From an uncultured Actinomycetes bacterium (GTDB lineage Bacteria > Actinomycetota > Actinomycetes > Streptosporangiales > Streptosporangiaceae): DNA of 64,000 bases. Where the stretch lies: contig CAVOSX010000008.1 in NCBI GenBank assembly GCA_963699015.1, positions 241,804 to 305,803 of the forward strand, written 5' to 3'. Numbering within the stretch: position 1 is the first letter of the stretch; every line of letters begins with the position of its first letter. This document shows, one piece after another, positions 36,515 to 45,062 of the stretch. The position numbers and the translations under genes were made by a program. The notes under the pieces were generated by a model that saw nothing but the letters and a program-made list of their open reading frames with translations, was not told where the DNA came from and made no database searches.

Positions 36515-36961
36515 ATGCGCGATGACGATGCCCTCGCCTTGTCCGCCCTGGTTCTCGCGGCGGGGAACGCCCTGGTGGACGGGATCCAAGCCGGGGTGGT
36601 GGCGCGCGGCTACCGCGACGTGCGCCCGGCGCATGGCTTCGCCTTCGCCCGGCTGGCCCCGGACGGAGCGACGGTCAGCGAGCTCGCCGCGCACCTGGGC
36701 GTCACCCGCCAGGCCGCGGCACAGCTGGTGGATGAGATGGTGGCGAAGGGCTACGTCGAGCGGCGGCGCCATCCAGACGATGGCCGGGCGCAGCTCATCA
36801 CGCTCACCGAACGCGGCTGGGCTTGCACCCGCGCGGCCGAGGCGGCGGCCGCCGAGACCGTCGGGGCCTGGGCCGCCATCCTGGGCGAGGAGCAGCTGCG
36901 CGCGACCCGCCACGCCCTGGCGGAAATCGCCCCGGCCGGGCGCCTTCGGCCTACCTGGTGA
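36515..36961 (+). CDS. MarR family transcriptional regulator
   Basis: Winged-helix segment TVSELAAHLGVTRQAAAQLVDEMVAKGYVERRRHPDDGRAQLITLTERG. About 148 aa. Confidence 0.8.
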   Translation: MRDDDALALSALVLAAGNALVDGIQAGVVARGYRDVRPAHGFAFARLAPDGATVSELAAHLGVTRQAAAQLVDEMVAKGYVERRRHPDDGRAQLITLTERGWACTRAAEAAAAETVGAWAAILGEEQLRATRHALAEIAPAGRLRPTW

Positions 36962-37134
36962 CGCCGGCGCACGCCGCGGTACCGGCCCCCGCCCAGGGGT
37001 GAGGTCGCGCGGCCCGGGCCGGCCAACCGGGACGCATGCTCCTGACCAGGTGGCGGCCCCCTTGCGGTTGCCGCATGATGTAGTGACCCCGAGGCCCGTC
37101 TGCACCACGCCACCCATGAGAGTGACCCGTCCCC

Positions 37135-38370
37135 ATGAGCAGCGCACGGCCGCCTGACCAGCAGCGCCGGGGAGCGCACGCCCGGCACGGCGGCTCGCGC
37201 GACCGCACGGACGCCGGTGACCAGCCGGGAGCCGGCGTATCCGGTCGCGACGAGTCCGGCTACCCCGAATCCGGCCGCCGGGGGCCCCGGCACGCCGGAC
37301 CCCGGCTCGACGATCCCTGGTACCAGGAGCCCGGCGTTCGCGACATCGGGTACAGGCAGCCCGGGTATCAGGATCGGGATTATCGGGAGCTGGGGTATCC
37401 GCGGCCCGGGCGCCCGCGGCCCGAGGATCAGGGCGCCGGGTCCAGGGCCGCGGCGGTCGGGGAGACTCGGTTCGGGGCACCCGGTCACCCGGAGCCTGGC
37501 TACCCGGGACCTGGGTACACGCGACCTGGCGACGCGGGGCCTGGGTATGCGGGGCCTGGGTATGCGGGGCCTGGCCGCGCGGGATCACGATCTGCGGGGC
37601 CTGGCTACGCGGCACCCGGGTACGCGGGACCCGGCGCCGGCGATCCTAGCGGCGGCGATCTGGGCTATGGCGGCCCCGGTGACGATGACCCCCAATACCG
37701 CGACCCCGGCTACGGCAGGCGCGGGCGCGGCAAGCATGGCCGTCACGCGCCGCGGACTGGCGGAGACGGCTCTGGCCCGCCCGCGGATGGCGGGCCGCGG
37801 CGTGGCGGCACCGATCGCCGCAGGTCCCCGCGTGACGAGCCACCGCAAGGCGGGCCGGGCCACGAGTGGGTCGGCTACGGCCGCGGAGCCGTCGGGACTC
37901 CCGCGGACCTCGACCCGGCGGCCCCCCAGCCGGGCCTGGTTAGTCCCGGTCCCGGACGTCCCGCTCCGGGCCGTCCCGCCTCTGGCCATCCCGGGACCGA
38001 CCATCTCGGGACCGACCATCTCGGGACCGAGTATCCCGGGACCGAGTATCCCGGGACCGACCATCCCAGCCCTGACACTTCCGGCCTGGCCCGCCCCCGC
38101 GCCGGTCAGCGCGCGCCGGTTCATCCCGACCAGCGCGCGCCAGTTCAAGCACCCTCCGGCCGGCGCGGTGACCGCAACGACTATGGCCTTCCTGACCGCG
38201 ACCGCCGCCGCGCCGCCAGGACCATGCGGTCGGCCAGGCAACCGAGACGCGCTCAGCCCGCCGGAGCGGGCTCGCACCAGTGCGCCCACCAGGACCGGAC
38301 GGCCGCCGGGCAACGGCCCAGGCCCGGTCAGTGCCGAGGCGCGGTGGCCGGCGCGGACGGAGAACGCTGA
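37135..38370 (+). CDS. highly repetitive Pro/Gly/Tyr-rich low-complexity protein (intrinsically disordered), possibly continuous with the next ORF
   Basis: Protein is dominated by PGY-type repeats (PGYPGPGYTRPGDAGPGYAGPGYAGPGRAGS; GTDHLGTDHLGTEYPGTEYPGTDHPSPD). The underlying DNA shows short tandem repeats (GGGGCCTGGGTATGCG x2; GGGACCGACCATCTC x2; GGGACCGAGTATCCC x2). Two alternative frames are also open across the repeats. Confidence 0.4.
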   Translation: MSSARPPDQQRRGAHARHGGSRDRTDAGDQPGAGVSGRDESGYPESGRRGPRHAGPRLDDPWYQEPGVRDIGYRQPGYQDRDYRELGYPRPGRPRPEDQGAGSRAAAVGETRFGAPGHPEPGYPGPGYTRPGDAGPGYAGPGYAGPGRAGSRSAGPGYAAPGYAGPGAGDPSGGDLGYGGPGDDDPQYRDPGYGRRGRGKHGRHAPRTGGDGSGPPADGGPRRGGTDRRRSPRDEPPQGGPGHEWVGYGRGAVGTPADLDPAAPQPGLVSPGPGRPAPGRPASGHPGTDHLGTDHLGTEYPGTEYPGTDHPSPDTSGLARPRAGQRAPVHPDQRAPVQAPSGRRGDRNDYGLPDRDRRRAARTMRSARQPRRAQPAGAGSHQCAHQDRTAAGQRPRPGQCRGAVAGADGER

Positions 38371-38912
38371 TCTGGCTGGGCGCAGGACTGGTTGTGGTCG
38401 CCACGGCGGTCGCGGTCGTCGCGATTCTCAGGTCGGGGCCAGGTGGTCCCGCGCACACTCTGACCACGCCCGCGCGGCTGGGCGCCTATCTGCGTCGGCC
38501 CCAGCTGGCTCGCCGGATGGACGTGGCCCAGCTGGAGAGGAACATCATCGCGAACAGCTCAGGTCAGGCCCGTCATGTCGTGTCGGCCGTGTACGAGAAG
38601 GGCTCGACGGTTCCTGGCGGGCCGGCGCCGCAGGTCATCCTCTTCATCGGCGGGAAGCTCACAGGTGTCTCTGCCGTCGCTTCGATCAAGACCTTCGGCC
38701 AGCACTTCCGCGACACCGAGCAGACGAGCCCGGGGCGGCTCGGCGGCCGGGCGGCCTGTGTGCCCGCGCAATCGGGCACAGGCGATGCCGCGGTCTGCGC
38801 CTGGTTCGACTACGACACGTTCGGCGAGCTCGTCTCGCCCAACATGACCGCCTCCGCGCTGGCCGGCGAGCTGCGTATGATCAGGCCGAGCATCGAGCGG
38901 GTGAGCGGGTAG
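38280..38912 (+). CDS. single-pass membrane protein with extracytoplasmic domain; may be the C-terminal part of the preceding repetitive gene (frame differs by one)
   Basis: Basic juxtamembrane stretch RRGGRRGRRT, then TM helix LIWLGAGLVVVATAVAVVAIL, then a 160-aa domain (…HVVSAVYEKGSTVPGGPAPQVILFIGGKLTG…). Overlaps 37135-38370 by 90 nt in a different frame. Confidence 0.45.
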   Translation: MRPPGPDGRRATAQARSVPRRGGRRGRRTLIWLGAGLVVVATAVAVVAILRSGPGGPAHTLTTPARLGAYLRRPQLARRMDVAQLERNIIANSSGQARHVVSAVYEKGSTVPGGPAPQVILFIGGKLTGVSAVASIKTFGQHFRDTEQTSPGRLGGRAACVPAQSGTGDAAVCAWFDYDTFGELVSPNMTASALAGELRMIRPSIERVSG

Positions 38913-38996
38913 CCCGTCGCGTCACGGCTGCCGCGAGCACGCGCCTCGCGAGGCCGCCGCGCGCCGGGCGCGTGCCGCCGCAGACGGTGCCTGTGC

Positions 38997-40181
38997 TTAC
39001 TGCTTGCGCTGCGCCCGGGGCTTGCGCAGCGACACCCGGGCGACGGCGATGATGACGCCAAGGGCGAGTACGACCAGCCCGGCCACCTGGCTGCCGACCT
39101 GCCCTGTGTTGAGTGGCAGGACGTCGGCCACCGACGTCGGGTGATACGGTGCGTGCTTCGTGGTGGCCGCGGGGGAGCCGCCGCCTGGGATCGGGGGGGT
39201 GGCTACCGGCGAAGGACTGATCGTCGGGAACAGGTTGCTGGGATCCGCGCCAGACCCGGTGCCGGTCAGGCCGGTCAGCGGCGCCACGCCGCCAGTCGAG
39301 GTGTCACCGGAGCCGAGGCCCAGGCTGCTGCCGAGGCCGGAGCCGAGGTTCGTCCCGACCCCAGAATCCTGGTTGGACCCCGAGCCACCCGAATGGTGGC
39401 CTGAATTACTGTTCCCGTTGCCATTCCCGTGGCTGTGCCCGTGGCTGTGCCCCGAGTGATTTGAGGAGGTCGGCTTCTTCGAAGGCGGAGGTGATTTGGG
39501 CGGCGGGGCGACGACATTGACCGAAGCGATCCCGGAAACCGAGCCTTGCGTGGTTGCCCCGCTCGCCACTCCGGTCACCCGCACGTTCAGCGTGACCGAA
39601 TCGCCCGACGATGCGCTGCTCGGCACGGCATCCTGGGCCTGCATCTCGGTCGTCTGATCGGCCCGCATTCCCCCCAGCGCGCAGGTCGACGTGCCGTCTC
39701 CCGCACCGCAAACGGTGAAGGCAGGCGCGGGGAAACTGCTCGGGGTGGCCGAGATCTGGACGGTCACGTCGGTGGCGGCTCCGCCTGTCGGCTGCACGTC
39801 GATGGTGTAACCGGCTGACTGCCCTGGCTTTACCGTGCTCGTCACCGCCGTCACGCTCACGCACAGTTGCGTGGCCGCCGGAGACGCGGACTTCGCGGAG
39901 CCGGACCTGGATCCGGATCCGGACATGGCTGCGCCGCCGGGGCTGAGGGTGGGCGTGGGGCCGGGCGGCGGTGAACTCGGCGCCGTCGGCAGCGCCTCAC
40001 AAATGCTGCCTGCTTGCAGGGACCCGGAGTGGACCGCGGCCAGAGCCGCGGCGGCCGTGCCGACGCCCAGCACCGCCAGGCCGGCGAATGCGGCCAGGAA
40101 AGTAGGCCCAGCCCGGTTCCTACGTCGAAGAACGCCAGGCTGGGATTCGTCCCGAAGGGTCAGTTCACGTCTCAGCATCAT
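38997..40181 (-). CDS. secreted His/Gly/Ser-rich cell-surface protein with C-terminal hydrophobic anchor and basic tail
   Basis: N-terminal signal peptide-like helix. Low-complexity segment HSGHSHGHSHGNGNGNSNSGHHSGGSGSN. C-terminus LPLNTG-QVGSQVAGLVVLALGVIIAVA-RVSLRKPRAQRKQ is organised like a sortase sorting signal (motif, hydrophobic stretch, basic tail), but the motif is not canonical LPXTG/LAXTG. Confidence 0.5.
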   Translation of the reverse strand: MMLRRELTLRDESQPGVLRRRNRAGPTFLAAFAGLAVLGVGTAAAALAAVHSGSLQAGSICEALPTAPSSPPPGPTPTLSPGGAAMSGSGSRSGSAKSASPAATQLCVSVTAVTSTVKPGQSAGYTIDVQPTGGAATDVTVQISATPSSFPAPAFTVCGAGDGTSTCALGGMRADQTTEMQAQDAVPSSASSGDSVTLNVRVTGVASGATTQGSVSGIASVNVVAPPPKSPPPSKKPTSSNHSGHSHGHSHGNGNGNSNSGHHSGGSGSNQDSGVGTNLGSGLGSSLGLGSGDTSTGGVAPLTGLTGTGSGADPSNLFPTISPSPVATPPIPGGGSPAATTKHAPYHPTSVADVLPLNTGQVGSQVAGLVVLALGVIIAVARVSLRKPRAQRKQ

Positions 40182-40332
40182 GGGCTAGGTTACGGGCTGT
40201 TCGCGCTCACCTCTACCCCTGGGTCACATCGGTAACCAGGTTACTGCCCGCTGGCGTGTTCCATAACGGGATGACATGCGCGGATCGGCGTCCCGGCCGG
40301 GACAGCCATCTCGTGGGCTCGGGGAGGGAAAA

Positions 40333-41181
40333 ATGGACCCGGAAGCGGTACTGACCAGGCCCGCGCCCCCACCGGACGTGACGCTGCGTTACGGCCCGGA
40401 AAACGAGCACGTGGCCGATTTGCGTCTGCCGCGGCCCGGGGCCGCCTCCGCGGTGAACGGGCCGGCACCGCTCGTGCTGTTCCTGCACGGCGGATTCTGG
40501 CGTGCGCGGTACGACCGCGTCCACACCTGGCCGCTGGCCGCCGCGCTGGCATCGGCTGGGTTCGCCGTCTGCACGCCGGAGTTCCGCCGCGTCGGCCAGC
40601 CGGGCGGCGGGTGGCCGGGAACCTTCGACGACGTTGCCGCGGCTGTGGACGCCCTGCCGGATCTGGCCTCCGAGGCCGCCGGGCCCGGGGGCTTGGCGCC
40701 GAAGCCGCTTGTGCTCGCCGGCCACTCGGCCGGCGGTCACCTCGCGTTGTGGGCCGCGGCCAGGCACCGCCTTCCACATGACTCCCCGTGGCGCGCGCCG
40801 TCACCCGGCCCCTATGGCGGCGTGGTCGGTCTCGCCGCGGTCAGCGACCTGGCCGGCTGTCACGCTGCCGGGCTGGGCGGCGGCGCGGCTGACGCCCTCA
40901 TCGGCGGCGGTCCAGGCCGCTACGCCGATCGGTACGCGCTCGCCGATCCCGCTGGCCTGCTGCCGCTCGGCGTCCGCGTGCGACTGGTGCACGGCTCCCG
41001 GGACGAGATCGTGCCGTGCTCGATGAGCCGAGAGTACGCCGAGCGCGCGGTCGGCCAGGGGGACGACGTGACCGTCAACGAGCTCGCTGAATGCGGGCAC
41101 TACGAGCTCATCGACCCGGTGACCGCCGCCTGGCCGGCCGTGCTGGCGGCGCTCCGGGCGACTGCGACGCAACCGAGGTAG
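40333..41181 (+). CDS. alpha/beta hydrolase (esterase/lipase type)
   Basis: Oxyanion motif HGGFW, nucleophile elbow GHSAGG, downstream Asp and His candidates. GGGAGGG RBS before ATG 40333. Confidence 0.7.
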   Translation: MDPEAVLTRPAPPPDVTLRYGPENEHVADLRLPRPGAASAVNGPAPLVLFLHGGFWRARYDRVHTWPLAAALASAGFAVCTPEFRRVGQPGGGWPGTFDDVAAAVDALPDLASEAAGPGGLAPKPLVLAGHSAGGHLALWAAARHRLPHDSPWRAPSPGPYGGVVGLAAVSDLAGCHAAGLGGGAADALIGGGPGRYADRYALADPAGLLPLGVRVRLVHGSRDEIVPCSMSREYAERAVGQGDDVTVNELAECGHYELIDPVTAAWPAVLAALRATATQPR

Positions 41182-41223
41182 GGATTTCAGCGGCCGGGGC
41201 CTGCGTGTATGCTCAGCTGCCTC

Positions 41224-41299
41224 GCCCCCTTAGCTCAGTCGGCAGAGCGTCTCCATGGTAAGGAGAAGGTCTACGGTTCGATTCCGTAAGGGGGCTCCA
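41224..41299 (+). tRNA. tRNA-Thr (anticodon GGT)
   Basis: GCCCCCTTAGCTCAGTCGGCAGAGCGTCTCCATGGTAAGGAGAAGGTCTACGGTTCGATTCCGTAAGGGGGCTCCA. 7-bp acceptor stem, anticodon loop AT-GGT-AA, encoded CCA. Confidence 0.85.
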
Positions 41300-41346
41300 G
41301 GTCAGGCGGGTTTTTCGTCTACCTATCCGAGGACCTCTTCCGGTTC

Positions 41347-41377
41347 AGGGAGAAGGTCCGGCGTTCAACTCGTAAGC
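41347..41377. repeat. degenerate direct copy of the tRNA-Thr 3' half about 50 bp downstream of the tRNA (possible att-site scar)
   Basis: AGGGAGAAGGTCCGGCGTTCAACTCGTAAGC versus the tRNA's AAGGAGAAGGTCTACGGTTCGATTCCGTAAGG; about 75% identity over about 31 nt in the same orientation. Confidence 0.4.
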
Positions 41378-41888
41378 AAATCCCAAGTCAGAGCCGGTGT
41401 GCCGTTGCCTGGCAGATGCGGGACAGTTCCAGTCGGGCGGAAAGATGCCGACCAGGGCCTCTCTGACCGGCCTCTTTTGCCCTCGCTTGTGAATGGCGTC
41501 CAGTGCCGTTAGGGGGCAAACCGACGGGCAAGATCGTTAAGCGCGGGGCCAGAGGTGTCGTGGTCGTGTGCGGCCGGCAGCCCTTGGTCTCGCTTGGGTA
41601 ACTCAGCCCGATGGCCACGAGTCTGCCTGGCCTCGGCGGAGGCGGACCGAGCCGTACATCGCCGAGGTGGAGGGCGAACTCCGTCCGTCTGCGGCCAGGA
41701 CGCCCTCAATGACCGTCTACCTCGGGCCGCACGCTTCAGCCGGCCTGTCATGTCGTTGACGCGTACGCCCGCGTTCAGCGTCGGCCCGAGCGATAGCACG
41801 CAGCGCTCGCCGACGAGCAGGGCTGGCTACTGTTTTGCATCGTGATCTGCAGCCCAAGGCCGAGGGAACTGCCGCTCTCCGCTAGCTA

Positions 41889-42155
41889 TCAGCAGGCGCT
41901 GGCAGCCTTGCGGGGGTGGTCAGCCGCGGGCAGGTCCTGCCTGGTGTCCAGCGCGAACGCCAGGCACTGCCGCCGGACCGGGCAGCCGGCGCAGGTCACC
42001 TTTGCCCGCATGACCTGGTCAGGGGAAAGACCCGACGCAGAGACCGGGAAGAACAGTTCAGGGTCAGCCGGCCGGCATGCGGCCAGCAGCCGCCAGTCCG
42101 AGCCTGGGATAGTGATCATCATCTGGTCGCTCGGCGGCCTGGGAGAGGTCGCCAT
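41889..42155 (-). CDS. WhiB-like (Wbl) iron-sulfur transcriptional regulator
   Basis: The four conserved Cys in the WhiB spacing (C…PELFFP…CAGCPVRRQC). GV/W-G turn region. 88 aa. Confidence 0.85.
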   Translation of the reverse strand: MATSPRPPSDQMMITIPGSDWRLLAACRPADPELFFPVSASGLSPDQVMRAKVTCAGCPVRRQCLAFALDTRQDLPAADHPRKAASAC

Positions 42156-42413
42156 CTGCGGGCGTGATCGCTAGGCAGGTGTACTGCCGACGCGCAGGAA
42201 CCTGTCGTAGACAGCGACAGCCACCGCACCCCCGGCCACCGGCGCCACTAGGTACGCCCACCAGTCGGAGAACTGGCCCGCCAGGGTCATCGGCCCGATC
42301 GGCGCACGGGTATGTCGAGCACCTGCTCGGATGCCACCGGTTCCTCTTGCGATCTTGCTCTTTCTGGGCCCTGGCCGCCCGGTCGGCGAGCAGGGCCCAG
42401 AAAGGGTGCTGGC

Positions 42414-43100
42414 TCAGATGGCTGCTGCGGCGGTACGGATGACGTCGAGAACGTTGTCGGGCTGGGACAGCATGGGGCAGTGGCTGCTGTCGAACTCGTA
42501 GGTGGTGGCGCCCATGCGCTTGGCGGCGGCCCGCTCGAGGTCGGGGTGGACGGCCTGGTCATTTTTGCCCACGATGTACCAGCTCGGCTTCGTTCGCCAC
42601 GCGACGCCGGGGACGTTGCTGCTAAACAACTCGACGGACGGGGGCCAGGCGGTCGCCCAGACGACCTTCTGCTCTTCCTCGGGCAGGTCGCCGCAGAAGC
42701 AGGCGGCGCCACCGGGCAGCATCCACACCCGCCCGTCGGCGACCTCGATCTGGCCGAACGCCGGCGTCTTGGGAAACTTGTCCTGCTCGACCTGGGATGT
42801 CTCGGTCTCGTCCGGGCCCAGGGCGTTGATGTAGACCAGCCCGGCCACGCGGTCGTCAGTGCCCGCGGCGGTGATGACGGCGCCGCCGTAGGAATGGCCG
42901 ATCAGCAGGATCCGGCTGTGGACCCGGTTGAAGGTGCGGATCGTCGCGGCGACGTCGGCCACGTTCGTGTCCAGGCCGTACTGTGCGCAGATCACCTCGT
43001 ATCCCTCCGCCTGAAGCGGCGGGAGCAGCTTGTTGAAGCACGACCCGTCGGCCCAGATCCCGTGACAGAACACGATGCTTGGCTTGGTTGGCGTGGACAT
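42414..43100 (-). CDS. SABP2/methylesterase-like alpha/beta hydrolase (paralog 1 of 3)
   Basis: SIVFCHGIWADGSCFNKL…GYEVICAQY…LIGHSYGGAVIT…; the same HG(A/I)WA-x-GS-x-(W/F) and GHSYGG motifs as the hydrolases at 51756 and 56335. Confidence 0.75.
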   Translation of the reverse strand: MSTPTKPSIVFCHGIWADGSCFNKLLPPLQAEGYEVICAQYGLDTNVADVAATIRTFNRVHSRILLIGHSYGGAVITAAGTDDRVAGLVYINALGPDETETSQVEQDKFPKTPAFGQIEVADGRVWMLPGGAACFCGDLPEEEQKVVWATAWPPSVELFSSNVPGVAWRTKPSWYIVGKNDQAVHPDLERAAAKRMGATTYEFDSSHCPMLSQPDNVLDVIRTAAAAI

Positions 43101-43575
43101 GGCTTCCTCCTGAACTGTGTTGGCGATGGCTCCATTCGGGGGAGCCGCACAGACACCAGCCTGGCCGGACGGGCAACAGCAATCCCTCACACATTCAGGT
43201 GAGCCGAGACAGTCGTCGATCGGCGGCTCGGGTCCTGACCCGTTCGAGGTGAGCCCCTACGTCAAGAGGACGGTGTCTTCGCCGAACGAGTCAGCGGCCT
43301 GGACCGGGGCACACCCTGATCACCGTGGCCGGCATGAATGACGGGGCTGGCGCTCGCTTGCCAGCGCCCAGCGCAGCGACCGGGTCTCCCTCGAACGGGC
43401 CGTCATCACGCCCGCCAGCACGACGAAGGACTGACGGACTGACGGACTGACGCTTGCGGCACGCTGGCCGCAGGCCTCGTGTCTTCGGCTGAGAGAGGGG
43501 CGGTCCTGTCAGACCGGACCTGCGCCGGCACTTTCCATCGGGATTCCGGCAGCGGTCGCGCCGATCCGGCGGGCG

Positions 43576-44514
43576 TCAGGTGGCCGTGATGAACCTGTCG
43601 ATGGCCGCGGCGACCTCGCCGGGTTGCTCCTCGGCAACCCAGTGTCCGCTGTCGGCGATGATGCTCGTTTCCACGCGGTGAGCGCCGACTTCGCCCAGGC
43701 CTGCCGCCACTTCGGGCAGCACGGTGGCGTGACAGTACTCGGCGAACGCCAGCTGGATCGGGGAGTCCACGGTGCCAGTACGGCGCTCGTTGCGGGCAAT
43801 GTCGAGCGGGATCGCCCGGAACAGGGCAAAGCCCGCGGCCAGCCGCTGCGGCCCTTGGTATCCTTGCGCGTAAATGGCCACGTCGGCGTCGCTGATCGCG
43901 TCCGGGCACGCGGCGAACCGGTCGATGTGATTGCGGAAGTAGCGATGCTCCCGCCCGGTGACCAGCAGTTCCGCCAGACCGGTGTCGCCGGATATGGTCT
44001 GGTGGAATCCGATGTGCCAGAACGCCGGTGAGGTGAACAGGTCCTCGCAACCACCGACTCCTGCGATCGGGGTATCCAGCAACATCACACCGCGAACCTG
44101 CGCAGGGTAGCGGCGCAGATAGGCGTAGGCGACTTGGGCCCCCATGCCATGGCCCACCACCAGTGGGTTCTGGACTCGGAGCTGGCTGAGGCTGGCGTGC
44201 AGGTCCCCGCTGATCGACCACTTATCAAATCGGTCGATCGCTGGCTCTGAGGAGCCGATGCCGGGCAGGTCGTAGGCAAGCGTGTGGCAGTCCGGGGTGA
44301 GCAGTGGCATCACGTGCCGCCACGCGTACGAGGTCTGCGGCCACCCGTGCAGCAGGACCAGCGGGATCGCCCCGCTGCCATGCTCGACCACGCCCAGCCG
44401 CCGGCCTGCCGCCTCCCGGCGGTCGGCATCCTGTCGCTCGGCGCCACTCCAGCCGTGATCGCTGACCACGTTGCTGACTCTAGCCAGGCCGCCGCACCGA
44501 GCGCGCTCACCCAT
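43576..44514 (-). CDS. alpha/beta hydrolase (epoxide hydrolase / haloalkane dehalogenase-like subfamily)
   Basis: LVLLHGWPQTSYAW…, nucleophile elbow VVGHGMGAQVA, C-terminal …DSGHWVAEEQP typical of this subfamily. The start is probably an internal GTG/ATG downstream of 44514. Confidence 0.65.
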   Translation of the reverse strand: MGERARCGGLARVSNVVSDHGWSGAERQDADRREAAGRRLGVVEHGSGAIPLVLLHGWPQTSYAWRHVMPLLTPDCHTLAYDLPGIGSSEPAIDRFDKWSISGDLHASLSQLRVQNPLVVGHGMGAQVAYAYLRRYPAQVRGVMLLDTPIAGVGGCEDLFTSPAFWHIGFHQTISGDTGLAELLVTGREHRYFRNHIDRFAACPDAISDADVAIYAQGYQGPQRLAAGFALFRAIPLDIARNERRTGTVDSPIQLAFAEYCHATVLPEVAAGLGEVGAHRVETSIIADSGHWVAEEQPGEVAAAIDRFITAT

Positions 44515-44612
44515 TCAGGTGAGAACATTGAAGTCCGCGCAGGCAGCGGACAATCGAGCAGGCTCACGGCAACGCGTTCCTGTTCGTCGAGTTCTCATGG
44601 CCTCGGGGAAGA

Positions 44613-45060
44613 GTGCATCGTCGTGGCGGAGTCCGACCGGCCACGCTTGTCGAAGCGGGCATTCTGGCTGAGTCCGGCGAACGGCTGGCCTTCCGGCATG
44701 ACCTGATCCGCGACGCGGAACAGGCCAATACTCCCGCGGGGGCATGCGCACTGGACCGCCACGGGCGCCAAGGTGCTGCTCGCCCGCCTGCGGAGCCCTG
44801 TCCCTCGAGATTGCGATGCAGTTGCCGGCAGCGCGAATCCCGCGACGGCAAGATCAACCTGGAGATCGCCAAGAACCTGTTCGTATCACCGCACGCCGTA
44901 AGCACCACTCTCGCCTGGGACCCGAGTCTGGGAGTCAAGTCTCGGGTCGAGCTGGCCAGCGTGGCCTCCGAACGCCGATTGGACATCGCCCGAACGGGCG
45001 ATGCATGGCGCCGCGGTCCCTGTCACGCTGGCCAGCAGATATGCCGTTTCTGAGGTGGTG
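44613..45060 (+). pseudogene. remnants of a LuxR-family (LAL-type) regulator gene in two frames
   Basis: Fragment …RLAFRHDLIRDA… parallels ALAFRHDLVRETVYA of the intact LAL downstream. Fragment GKINLEIAKNLFVSPHAVSTTLA…LGVKSRVELA is a LuxR HTH. Confidence 0.4.
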
Positions 45061-45062
45061 CC

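Noticed and set aside
36482-37615. 377-aa minus-strand ORF overlapping the MarR gene and the PGY-repeat gene
   Set aside because: No start context and a low-complexity Arg/Pro/Gly translation; it is the opposite strand of two better-supported genes.
39030-39110. LPLNTG as a sortase recognition motif
   Set aside because: The tripartite organisation is right, but the motif is not canonical LPXTG or the actinobacterial LAXTG. Kept only as a hedge inside the feature call.
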